Shown: positions 19,555-28,980 of the stretch, one piece after another
Layout: each line of letters opens with the position of its first letter
How positions within the stretch are numbered: position 1 is the stretch's first letter
Assembly: GCA_030596125.1 (NCBI GenBank)
Contig: JAUVKT010000003.1
Span: 108 to 64,107 of the forward strand
Direction of reading: 5' to 3'
DNA: 64,000 nucleotides
Source: Bacteroidales bacterium
Lineage (GTDB): Bacteria; Bacteroidota; Bacteroidia; Bacteroidales; VadinHA17
Notes under the pieces: generated by a model
Seen by the model: only the letters and a program-made list of their open reading frames with translations
Told to the model about the DNA's origin: nothing
Databases searched by the model: none
Translations under genes and position numbers: made by a program

Positions 19555-20235
19555 ATGTCTATAAGAATCCTTGTAGTTGACGATGAAACTGATCTGCAGG
19601 AAATTCTACAATTCAATCTTCGATATGAAGGTTATGATGTTGACACTGTGAGTTCTGCAGAAGAAGCATTGGATAAAGATCTTACTAAATATGACCTCTT
19701 CCTGCTTGATGTTATGATGGGAACTATTTCAGGTTTCAAGTTTGTTGATATTTTGCGCTCGGAGTTCAAGATTAATACACCGGTCATTTTCCTTACAGCT
19801 AAAGATAAGGAGAATGATATGCTTACAGGGTTTAGTTTAGGTGCAGATGACTATATCAAAAAGCCATTCTCTATTGTTGAGTTAAAAGCAAGGATTAAAG
19901 CTGTTGTTTCACGTTCTCTGAAAATTGAAAAGGATGAATATCAGACTGTTATCGGTTCTCTCCTGATAGATACGGATCGTAAGGAGGTTAAAGTAAAAAA
20001 CAAGGTTGTTGAATTAACAAAGAAAGAGTATCAGATACTTGAAACCCTCATTAATAATTCAGGACGGTATGTGACCAGGGATCAGATACTGGATAAAATA
20101 TGGAGTGATACATTAGTGTCAGAAAGAACAGTTGATGTTCATATTACAAGACTCAGGAAGAGACTGGGTAGTTTTGGCAAGAATATTAAATCCAGAACCG
20201 GATATGGGTATTACCTGGATGTTAAGGATTACTAA
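19555..20235 (+). CDS. OmpR/PhoB-family response regulator
   Basis: Receiver domain (LVVDDE, LLDVMM, TAK) plus a winged-helix domain (LTKKEYQILE, VDVHITRLRKRL). Confidence 0.85.
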   Translation: MSIRILVVDDETDLQEILQFNLRYEGYDVDTVSSAEEALDKDLTKYDLFLLDVMMGTISGFKFVDILRSEFKINTPVIFLTAKDKENDMLTGFSLGADDYIKKPFSIVELKARIKAVVSRSLKIEKDEYQTVIGSLLIDTDRKEVKVKNKVVELTKKEYQILETLINNSGRYVTRDQILDKIWSDTLVSERTVDVHITRLRKRLGSFGKNIKSRTGYGYYLDVKDY

Positions 20236-20236
20236 T

Positions 20237-21892
20237 ATGTTTGGAAATATTTTCAGAAACAGAATATTTGCATACTATTTTTTTGTATTCATAGTATTCA
20301 CTGTTGTAATAATCCTCTTTCAATACAATAGGGAAAAAGAATTCAAACAAAGTCAATTTGAATCAATTCTTGATAACGTAACCGGTACTACGGCCAGATT
20401 TTTGGAAATTAATAAGTCTACAGAACCTGTATGTTACAAGAAACTTGATTCGCTTATTTCAATAATACCGGTTACAGATATAAGGATCTCTATATTGTCT
20501 TTCGATGGTGTTGTTCTATACGATAGCTATGTTGATAACTACCGGTCCATGGAAAACCATGCTAACCGGTCAGAAATTGCAGAAGCGTTGGAAAATAATT
20601 CCGGGTCATCAATAAGAACCTCAGCTACAACAGGAAAGGAGTATTTCTATTATGCACGAATGTATGATGATATTGTAATCAGGGCTGCCGCTGAGTATAC
20701 ACTCGAAGTCAAATCCTTCTTGCGCATTGACAAGTTATTTATTGTAGTAATTCTGATCCTGTTTATCCTTGTATTGATTGTATTTTTCTATATCAATAAC
20801 AGGTTCAGGAAAACAATTGGTCAGTTGAAGTATTTTGCATCAAAAGCAAAAGAAGACCAGGAAAAGATATTCAGACACCTGCAGGTGATGGAAGTGGGAA
20901 TAGCAATATTTTCATCTGATCGGGAAATAATTCTGTCCAATAATGCTTTTATTCAAAATGCTAATTTATTGTCCAATAAAACACTGAATTCCCCGGAGGA
21001 TGTACTCAAAATAAAGGAGGTTAAGCCCGTAATTAAATTTATCAAACGTTTTACCGGTGATTCTAATCTGAATATTACAGGTAAAAGTAACTTTAAGGAG
21101 ATAATCTGTCAGAAGAAAAACAGGTACTTTATGGTCCGGTGCAATATGTTCGGGGATTCCAGCTTCGAAATTATTCTCAAGGATGTAACAAAGACTGAGA
21201 AGAACAAGGTAATGAAACAACAGCTTACAGCTAATATTGCTCATGAACTCAGGACTCCTGTAACATCAATAGTGGGCTACCTTGAAACATTATTAAGCAC
21301 GGCCAGGATTGATGAAGAGCAAAGAATGCAGTTTCTTGACAGGACAAGGGATCAGGCTCTGCGTCTTGCAGAATTGATTGATCATATATCAGTCCTTAAC
21401 AGGTTGGAGGAGGGGACCGGATTTTATAAAATTGAAAAGGTTTGCATATATGATATTATCACTGAAGTAGCTGATAGTATGCTGGTAAAGCTTCAGGGTA
21501 AAGAGATCAAAGTTGAAATTGATATTAGTAAGAGTCTGAAGTTTTCTGGCAATATGGCTTTGATATACTCTATTTTTCAGAACCTTTTTGACAATACTTT
21601 AAACTATGCCGGAGATGATATTATTAGCCGGATAACATTGCACTACGAGGACGAGAATTATTATTATTTCAGGTACTCAAATAGTGGCAGGAGCATCCCG
21701 GACGAACATCTGCCAAGATTGTTTGAAAGATTTTACCGGATTGACGAAGGAAGATCAAGAAAGAAAGGCGGTACCGGCCTGGGACTGGCAATCGTAAAAC
21801 ATGCAGTTCAATTTCACCAGGGTCAGATCACTGTGAAAAACCTTGATGATGGTGGTGTTGAATTTCTGTTCTCAATAGGCAAACGGCTTTAA
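20237..21892 (+). CDS. Sensor histidine kinase (PhoR-like architecture)
   Basis: Two TM segments, a PAS-like region, an H-box (HELRTPVTSIVGYLETLL) and an HATPase domain (GGTGLGLAIVKH). Start trimmed to the ATG 2 nt after the regulator stop. Confidence 0.8.
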   Translation: MFGNIFRNRIFAYYFFVFIVFTVVIILFQYNREKEFKQSQFESILDNVTGTTARFLEINKSTEPVCYKKLDSLISIIPVTDIRISILSFDGVVLYDSYVDNYRSMENHANRSEIAEALENNSGSSIRTSATTGKEYFYYARMYDDIVIRAAAEYTLEVKSFLRIDKLFIVVILILFILVLIVFFYINNRFRKTIGQLKYFASKAKEDQEKIFRHLQVMEVGIAIFSSDREIILSNNAFIQNANLLSNKTLNSPEDVLKIKEVKPVIKFIKRFTGDSNLNITGKSNFKEIICQKKNRYFMVRCNMFGDSSFEIILKDVTKTEKNKVMKQQLTANIAHELRTPVTSIVGYLETLLSTARIDEEQRMQFLDRTRDQALRLAELIDHISVLNRLEEGTGFYKIEKVCIYDIITEVADSMLVKLQGKEIKVEIDISKSLKFSGNMALIYSIFQNLFDNTLNYAGDDIISRITLHYEDENYYYFRYSNSGRSIPDEHLPRLFERFYRIDEGRSRKKGGTGLGLAIVKHAVQFHQGQITVKNLDDGGVEFLFSIGKRL

Positions 21893-22046
21893 CCAAAACT
21901 ACATTACTATTTCCCTGAGTGGAGATTGTTACAACTAATGTAACATAATCTTTACCATTTCTTATCCGGATGTTAACCTCAATGACATAACATCAGGTCA
22001 TTTTTGTATTGTGAATATTTTTTGGCAAATCAATCAATTCTAGAAA

Positions 22047-24821
22047 ATGGGACGAACTTTTTTACTATTTATTCTTTTATCAATCATTTATGTTGTTGCG
22101 GCGGATGGACAGAGTAACACAGGTGTGATAAGAGGTGTGATTACTGATAAAATTTCAGGTGAATCTATGCCTGGCGCTACTATTATTGTTGCTGAGACAC
22201 AGCAGGGTGTGATGGCTGATGTTGATGGTAACTTCTCACTAAAAATGATTCCTGGTGTTTATAATCTTACCTGCTCTTTCGTAGCTTATGAGGTGTTAAG
22301 TCAACAAGTTTCGGTCAGGGCCGGTGAAACAGTAACTCTTAATTTTATTATTTCTGAATCATTAATGGGAATTGATGAAGTGGTTGTTACAGCAAAAGCG
22401 AACAGGGAGGCAGAAAATATATTGTTACTGGACAGGAAAAATGCAGTTTATTCGATTGAAAGCATTGGATCCAAAGAATTATCCCGTAAGGGTGCTTCAG
22501 ATATTAAATCAGGTGTAACCAAAATGGTCGGTATTACTGCTATGGGTCCTCAACAGATATTTGTAAGAGGTCTGGGCGACAGGTATAATAATGCTACCCT
22601 TAATCAGATGCCTGTTCCTTCAGGTAATCCAATAAGAAAGGTAATAGACCTGGCAATAATCCCTTCAAAGGTTGTTCAGAGGGTTGATATAAGCAAAATC
22701 TATAGTTCAGCGGCTTATGCTGATTTCTGCGGCGCTACTATTGATATTACAACAAAGGAGTATCTGAACGAAAGTTTCTTATCGTTAGACCTTGGAGTAA
22801 ACTATAATACATTATCTATTAACAACAGGATGAAGTTTGAGGATGGCTTTGAAGGATTTAAGTCCATGACAGGATTTAATACTTCCCATTACGCACTTCC
22901 TTCCGAGATTGGTTCTGTTGGTGATCATGACCTTAATTTGTCTTCGCTTGTTTATGATCCGTTCTTTACCGATTTTTCCTATACTACTTCAACAATGCTT
23001 CCTGCGTTGAATATTGGTCTGGCAGGTGGTAAGAACTTTGACCTTGGGGGAAGAAACCTGAATGTTCTTTTTGCAGGTGGTATAAAAAATGATTTTGATT
23101 ACTTATACGGCAGTAAAATATTTCCTGAAGCGGGTGGCTCGGTAATATTTGACTTTGGTTTTGAAAAGTGGCAATATAATGCTAATTCATCGGCGCTTGC
23201 AAGTATTAATTACGAACATAACAGCAGTAACCAAATCGATTTTAGTCTGCTATTTATTAACCATACCGCTAATTCTATCGAAGAGAATGAAGGATATCAC
23301 AGTACAAACGATGGCATAATAAAAGCAAGGCGTTATGAGTATGTTAATAACCGGGTACTAAATACTGTGTTTGGGGGTGAGCATAACTCATTTAACGGTA
23401 ATGACAGGCTGGAACTTGACTGGAAATTGTCTTATAGCTATTCAACTAACAATACACCTGACAGGCGGGATCTTACATGGAATTATGATGAAAATACTGA
23501 ACTGTACTATTTACGGCGCGAGAATATTGCCAATTATCGTACATATATGAAAATGGTTGAACACGAGGTAGCCGGAAGACTGGATTTTAAAGTAAAACTG
23601 GGTCAAACCGGTGACGGGATTGAAAAGGGATCTGTTACTTCCGGATTGCAGTGTAAGATGAAGACCAGGGATTTTCTGGCCAGGGATTTTTTTTATGAAA
23701 CCAGATATCTTCCAGGTGTTCATGATCCTGATAACCCGAGCGAATACCTGAGCGACGAAGCTTTTAGAGACGGATTACTCTCTTTAAGTGAAGGTACTGC
23801 ATTGTCAAATTACTATCTGGTTTATCAGTATGTTTATGCAGCATTTGTTGAACTTAATTATAATATCACCTCCAGGTTTTTGCTTAATGTCGGACTTCGG
23901 GGTGAGTATGACGATCAATCGCTTTATTACAGAAAATCACCTGAAAGAACAACCTTTAGCGACCCATGGATAATTCAAAACAAAACCTCCACGGGTCTCT
24001 ATCCGGCGCTAAACCTTAGGTATTCCCTGAGAGAGAATACAAATCTAAGGCTGGCAGCCAGTCGTACGGTTTCACGACCACTGTTTATTGAGTTAGGTCC
24101 TTTTGTTAACAGGGGAATGTATGGTGAGCATAATACATTTGGTAATCCTGAACTAACAAATTCATATAACTATAATCTGGATCTGAAATATGAAGTGTTT
24201 CCAAATCCGGGTGACCTCTTCAGCTTCACGGTTTACGGAAAATATATTGTAAATCCTATTGAGAAATATTATAAGGCAAGCTCTTCCCGCCTGGTATCAT
24301 GGATGAATACCAAAGATGCCAAACTATCAGGTTTTGAAGTCGAATTCAGAAAAAAGATCGCTAATTTGATGACTTCCGAAAATTTCATCTCACCTCTACA
24401 ACTGGGCATCAACTTTGCTTACCTGTATTCGCGGATTGATCTGGGTGATGAGGTTGGTATAAATACTAATGCAGTACGACCACTTCAGGGAGCTTCGCCT
24501 TATCTTTTAAATGCAGATATTACCTATCCGGTAATTTTCGAAAATGGAAATATTGTCTTTTCAGTATTATATAACCTGTTTGGTAAGCGTATCTACGCTG
24601 TTGGCACAGATGGTAAGGATGATATTTATGAATTACCGATCAATACCCTGGATGCTCTTATATCTTCTTCAATAGGTGAAAGATTAACTATTAAGGCGAA
24701 CTTCAAGAATATACTGAACCCAAATTTTGTTAAGAATCTGACAATAGGCGAAGAAGAAATGATTGTTGATGAATACAGGATTGGTATGTCTTTCGGACTT
24801 GGACTCAGCTATAAATTTTAA
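22047..24821 (+). CDS. TonB-dependent receptor with N-terminal carboxypeptidase-regulatory-like domain
   Basis: 924 aa with a signal peptide, GVIRGVITDK..PGATI, a plug region and a C-terminal beta-barrel ending in YKF. Confidence 0.8.
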   Translation: MGRTFLLFILLSIIYVVAADGQSNTGVIRGVITDKISGESMPGATIIVAETQQGVMADVDGNFSLKMIPGVYNLTCSFVAYEVLSQQVSVRAGETVTLNFIISESLMGIDEVVVTAKANREAENILLLDRKNAVYSIESIGSKELSRKGASDIKSGVTKMVGITAMGPQQIFVRGLGDRYNNATLNQMPVPSGNPIRKVIDLAIIPSKVVQRVDISKIYSSAAYADFCGATIDITTKEYLNESFLSLDLGVNYNTLSINNRMKFEDGFEGFKSMTGFNTSHYALPSEIGSVGDHDLNLSSLVYDPFFTDFSYTTSTMLPALNIGLAGGKNFDLGGRNLNVLFAGGIKNDFDYLYGSKIFPEAGGSVIFDFGFEKWQYNANSSALASINYEHNSSNQIDFSLLFINHTANSIEENEGYHSTNDGIIKARRYEYVNNRVLNTVFGGEHNSFNGNDRLELDWKLSYSYSTNNTPDRRDLTWNYDENTELYYLRRENIANYRTYMKMVEHEVAGRLDFKVKLGQTGDGIEKGSVTSGLQCKMKTRDFLARDFFYETRYLPGVHDPDNPSEYLSDEAFRDGLLSLSEGTALSNYYLVYQYVYAAFVELNYNITSRFLLNVGLRGEYDDQSLYYRKSPERTTFSDPWIIQNKTSTGLYPALNLRYSLRENTNLRLAASRTVSRPLFIELGPFVNRGMYGEHNTFGNPELTNSYNYNLDLKYEVFPNPGDLFSFTVYGKYIVNPIEKYYKASSSRLVSWMNTKDAKLSGFEVEFRKKIANLMTSENFISPLQLGINFAYLYSRIDLGDEVGINTNAVRPLQGASPYLLNADITYPVIFENGNIVFSVLYNLFGKRIYAVGTDGKDDIYELPINTLDALISSSIGERLTIKANFKNILNPNFVKNLTIGEEEMIVDEYRIGMSFGLGLSYKF

Positions 24822-24868
24822 TAATTAACAAACATTTATTAATCAAAATTGCTAATAATCTGAAACTA

Positions 24869-26140
24869 ATGAAAACAATTAAAGCTTTATCGACATTCGT
24901 AACACTAATCTTTGTGTTATCAATAATTATGAACTCCTGTAAACCTGAGGAAATAATTGATCCTGCTGACAAGGGAGTAAATGTTCGTGATGGTGGAGCA
25001 TTGCTTTTGGGAAGCTATGCAGAGAATATTACACTGACAAGTGATGTTACTTATCTGCTTTCGGGTGGTGTTCATTTTGAATCAGGAACGATCCTTACAA
25101 TCCAACCCGGAACAATTATTGAATCTGATCCAACCATTACTGCTGCTCCATATTGCTACCTTATGATTGAAAAAGGTGCAACGATTAACGCACAGGGAAC
25201 AACAAACGCACCAATAGTTTTTACTTCCGGAGTTGCAACACCGTCTCCGGGCGATTGGGGTGGTCTTATTATTAATGGTAATGCACCTGTAAATTTGGGT
25301 GTTGATGTCGATTCTGAAATCGCAGGCTATCCATATGGCGGAACGAATGCAACAGATAATTCAGGCATTATTAAATATGTGGTTGTAGAATACGGTGGAG
25401 CAAAAATTGATCCTGATACTGAGCATAACGGATTTACTTTCAATGGTGTAGGTAATGGAACAACAGTAGAGTATATCGAAGCTATTAATGGAACAGACGA
25501 TGGGATTGAGATGTTTGGAGGAACTGTTAATTTGAAATATGTTGTAAGCTGGAGTAATACTGATGATGGTTTTGACTGGACTTATGGATGGAGAGGAAAT
25601 GTTCAGCATATGGTTATTAAGACCGGAAACTTTGGTGACCGTGGAATTGAAGGTGATAATAATAGTGGTAATTATGCAGCTGAACCTTTCTCTGAGCCAA
25701 TACTTTCGAATGTTACAATAATATCATCAGGAACCCAGAACGAAGATAGTAAAGATCCCCAGGGTATTGAGATGAGAAGAGGAACCAAAGGGAAATATTA
25801 TAATATGATTATAACCGGTTTTTTGGGAAGTAGTGTCAGGGTAAGTGATGAACAGACTCATAACAATGTTGAGAACGGCTCACTTGAATTCGACTATGGT
25901 TATATGGACGGAGCCCCTGAATATAAGGTTTCAGGAATCATAACCTCAGGGAATGAGTTTGAAGCGAGCACTAATGTTATGATTAACCAGACCATAACTC
26001 TTTCAGGCACTAACGGTTATATCGGAACCTTTTCCGGTGGATTTGACGTTAGCACAATAAACAGTTGGTTTGATTCAACTGATTATATCGGAGCAGTAAA
26101 GTCTGACGCAACATGGCTTGATGGCTGGACGGATTTTTAA
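24869..26140 (+). CDS. Lipoprotein of unknown function, probably beta-helix-like, partner of the TonB receptor
   Basis: Lipobox (IIMNSC). Repetitive G/N/D-rich segments (NGTDDGIEMFGG, NTDDGFDW, GDRGIEGDNN). Confidence 0.5.
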   Translation: MKTIKALSTFVTLIFVLSIIMNSCKPEEIIDPADKGVNVRDGGALLLGSYAENITLTSDVTYLLSGGVHFESGTILTIQPGTIIESDPTITAAPYCYLMIEKGATINAQGTTNAPIVFTSGVATPSPGDWGGLIINGNAPVNLGVDVDSEIAGYPYGGTNATDNSGIIKYVVVEYGGAKIDPDTEHNGFTFNGVGNGTTVEYIEAINGTDDGIEMFGGTVNLKYVVSWSNTDDGFDWTYGWRGNVQHMVIKTGNFGDRGIEGDNNSGNYAAEPFSEPILSNVTIISSGTQNEDSKDPQGIEMRRGTKGKYYNMIITGFLGSSVRVSDEQTHNNVENGSLEFDYGYMDGAPEYKVSGIITSGNEFEASTNVMINQTITLSGTNGYIGTFSGGFDVSTINSWFDSTDYIGAVKSDATWLDGWTDF

Positions 26141-26191
26141 CTTCAAAATAAAATTGATTTGCCAAAATCAATAAAGGGTTTTCTCCATCCG

Positions 26192-26222
26192 AAACCCTGG
26201 AAAAGGCGCACTTTTATTAGCG
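26192..26222 (+). terminator. Rho-independent terminator
   Basis: Stem AAGGCGC/GCGCCTT followed by a T-run. Confidence 0.65.
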
Positions 26223-26247
26223 CCTTTTTTTTATATTATAAAACGGG

Positions 26248-26519
26248 ATATTCTTATTATTGTTTACTTGGATAAGTAGTAGGGTAGTTTATGAAACATA
26301 CCACTCGTAAAGTGATTTATTTTGCTTTTATATTTTTTTTTTAAGATCGTCTCTCATGTTCGTAATTATGCGAACAAAGATGATAATAATATTATAGATG
26401 GAATACTAAAACACTGAATAAAGTAAAAAACAGTTTTCTTCACCGAAGTTATAAGGGTAATTAATAACAAAGATATTTCTTCTGTATAGCTAGATTAGCA
26501 GTGATTTAATAATATGATA
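26248..26519 (+). repeat. Composite repeat copy 2 (modules A plus B)
   Basis: Direct repeat of 19140-19409 with scattered substitutions and small indels. Confidence 0.9.
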
Positions 26520-26524
26520 GTACG

Positions 26525-26551
26525 TGGCTTGATGGCTGGACGGATTTTTAA
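26525..26551 (+). repeat. 27 bp duplicate of the 3' end (with stop codon) of the 24869-26140 gene
   Basis: TGGCTTGATGGCTGGACGGATTTTTAA occurs at 26114-26140 and again here. Confidence 0.9.
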
Positions 26552-26555
26552 AAAT

Positions 26556-26590
26556 AAAGACGCAATAAAGTTACTCTATTGCGTCTTTAA
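26556..26590. terminator. Hairpin between convergent genes (possible bidirectional terminator)
   Basis: Stem AAGACGCAATA/TATTGCGTCTT with A/T-rich flanks. Confidence 0.55.
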
Positions 26591-26610
26591 GTATATCAAT
26601 TTTTATCTTA

Positions 26611-28032
26611 TTATTGATCTAATGTATAATAAATTGTTAATCTTGGTCTCATATAGTCAACAGTATAATCGCTTGATGCAAAACGAAAACCCGGAAACAT
26701 CTCGGTAGGGTAGAGTTTAAATAGCATACCGTAACCAGAGACTGCAGAAGTACTAACTGAAGGTACAAACAGGCGTGTTACATCTACATCGATAAAATTA
26801 ACATTTCTTATAAAGGGTGAAATATAGATCTGGTTTTCAGCAATCGATAAGGGTGAGTTATTCCATGTAACTTTCTCCTCCTCCCATGGCTCAACAACCT
26901 TTTGTAATACAGCACCATACCATATAATATTCGTACTGGAAAGAGCGGGATCGGTAATAAACAAAGTTGTATCCCATGGTACAGGAAGGTCATAAGAAAG
27001 TCTTAGAAAAACTCGTTTTATTATAGCTGACTTTGGTAATTGGTTCTTGTCAAACCATATCAGACTTCTGTTTGAACGCATAACGGTAAGTGGTGATTCA
27101 GACAGAAAAGTAGCTTCGAAATACTTATGATCTCCAAAGTTTGTATCCGGCTCCAGGTTGGAAATCATAGCATCTTTCCCGTCTTCAGGCCCAGGCTGAA
27201 GAACAAGTCTCTTATATTCGTTGCTACTCCATGGTATTTTCAAAACCAGGGGATTTTCCGGGGAGGTAGCTTTTAGTTGACGAGCAGTAAATTGCATTCT
27301 TTGAGGCAAAAATCCCTCCTTCTCCAGAACAAAGTAGTAAATATCTGATCCTCCCCTGATAACCAGATGATTTACTCTGGCTTCGAGTTTAAAGGAGTAA
27401 TGCCAGTTATTATCGGCATATACCGTTAGTTTTGCCTGTGTGAGACGGGTAGGAGTCATCAACAATGGATTATCCAGGATACAGATCGCATAAAAATGTA
27501 ACGGTTCAATAACCTGTATTCCAAAATTAACATACCCGAACTGATCGGGAGTATAGCTATTTACCGGCAAAACTTCAGGTTTGATACTGGTGACCTGATC
27601 AGCATTTATTTTGAAGTGTAATGGCAGAGGTTTGTCTACCAGGTAGGTAAGAGGAGAACCAACCAGTGGGGCGGCATAAATGACTCTGCCAGATGGATTT
27701 ATGACCATAAATTTAGTCAGTTTGAATTCACCGGTCCTTAATTCTATATTCTCGCTTACAAAACTGGTTCCAAATTGATAAATCGGTATTAATTCATCAT
27801 TTAGAACCTGATTCCCATTCATATCCTCAACAGATACTAACAGGTGATAAGAAGCTACTTCGGTACTGTCACCGATAGCTGATTTGGTCTGCCCCGGATC
27901 ATCGGGTAAATTGAGTATAAATTCGGCCTCACCGACACCTGTGTTTTCGCCATTTCTCTCCTCACATGAAGAAACACCGACTACAGCCAGTACGATCAGG
28001 GTAAATTGAATTGATCTGAATAAAGTTTTCAT
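26611..28032 (-). CDS. Lipoprotein with C-terminal DNRLRE-like domain
   Basis: Lipobox (GVSSC). The C-terminal third (DAMISNLEPDTNFG, MRSNRSLIWFD, AIIKRVFLRLSY) resembles the DNRLRE domain. Confidence 0.5.
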   Translation of the reverse strand: MKTLFRSIQFTLIVLAVVGVSSCEERNGENTGVGEAEFILNLPDDPGQTKSAIGDSTEVASYHLLVSVEDMNGNQVLNDELIPIYQFGTSFVSENIELRTGEFKLTKFMVINPSGRVIYAAPLVGSPLTYLVDKPLPLHFKINADQVTSIKPEVLPVNSYTPDQFGYVNFGIQVIEPLHFYAICILDNPLLMTPTRLTQAKLTVYADNNWHYSFKLEARVNHLVIRGGSDIYYFVLEKEGFLPQRMQFTARQLKATSPENPLVLKIPWSSNEYKRLVLQPGPEDGKDAMISNLEPDTNFGDHKYFEATFLSESPLTVMRSNRSLIWFDKNQLPKSAIIKRVFLRLSYDLPVPWDTTLFITDPALSSTNIIWYGAVLQKVVEPWEEEKVTWNNSPLSIAENQIYISPFIRNVNFIDVDVTRLFVPSVSTSAVSGYGMLFKLYPTEMFPGFRFASSDYTVDYMRPRLTIYYTLDQ

Positions 28033-28176
28033 TTTTTACTGTTTTAGTTAAACCATAAACAGACTCCTCTTTTCACAATGTCAAAGAATAGAGAGCCATA
28101 TAAAGAGAGTTACTTCAAATTAAATGCCACAATTGTCAAAACTGAAAACTCAATGATGATTTCCGGAAGTGCTGTT

Positions 28177-28270
28177 ATATTCTGATTATTGTTTATTTGA
28201 ATAAGTAGTAGGGTAGTTTATGAAACATAACACCCGTAAAGTGATTTATCTTGCTTTTTTATATTTTTTT
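28177..28270 (+). repeat. Repeat module A, third copy (no module B)
   Basis: Matches 19140-19235 and 26248-26340 by eye. It diverges exactly where module B starts in the other copies. Confidence 0.85.
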
Positions 28271-28405
28271 ATTATGTTTACTCTAGGTTCTGTTTTTTTG
28301 TTCTTATTTAACGATTCCAGCTTTGAGAACGAAAATATTTTTACAGGCAGAATTTGATATAAGAGTTCTTATTATTCTAGTGAACCAACTATATTAAGAG
28401 ATATT

Positions 28406-28948
28406 ATGCAGACCCAAAAATGTAAGCATCAATGGGAAATGGTTAATACCAACCCTGGTTTTATTCTCACAGAAGCATGTCATAAGTGTAGCCAGGTATC
28501 AACATATTTCTCCCGGGAGGATAATCCACCGTTTGAAGAATACAGAGATGGTGAACATTTCTGGAACGTGATGGCAAGTGCTCAGTCTGTCAGGTTTGAC
28601 CTGAAATGTAAATTATGCAACACTCTTGTTACATTTGACGAGCTATCCAGTTTATTGCTTTGCACAGGATGCAAAAAAGATTGCGATGTGTACAGACTGA
28701 TGGAGAAATATTCAGGTAAACGCATATGGTTTTATGTTGCTTTTGGGTTTAAACCGTATGCAGATAAATTAATGTTGAGCGATGAAAAGATAAAGATCCT
28801 GGAGGATTATTATAATCAAAGGCGGGATTCAACCAACTCCTCCATTAAAATTGTGTCATTTGAAATGATAGATGATCCTGACTCATGTGCCGGGGAGTTC
28901 ATAATAGACAGCAGTATGTTACTGCTTGCACCCCCTGAGAAAAAGTAA
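28406..28948 (+). CDS. Cys-rich hypothetical protein (putative zinc ribbons)
   Basis: 180 aa with three CxxC pairs (CHKC, CKLC, CTGC). No family recognised. Confidence 0.45.
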   Translation: MQTQKCKHQWEMVNTNPGFILTEACHKCSQVSTYFSREDNPPFEEYRDGEHFWNVMASAQSVRFDLKCKLCNTLVTFDELSSLLLCTGCKKDCDVYRLMEKYSGKRIWFYVAFGFKPYADKLMLSDEKIKILEDYYNQRRDSTNSSIKIVSFEMIDDPDSCAGEFIIDSSMLLLAPPEKK

Positions 28949-28980
28949 ACTGTTAATAAACTCTCATATAAAACGTTATT

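Noticed and set aside
21893-22046. Cobalamin or other riboswitch upstream of the TonB-dependent receptor
   Set aside because: The region is only about 150 nt, and I saw no B12-box-like (GCCACTG) or other conserved riboswitch core.
26514-26708. 64-aa ORF downstream of the composite repeat
   Set aside because: It spans the duplicated 27 bp gene end and a terminator hairpin, then runs antisense into the 26611-28032 gene. The translation is low-complexity.
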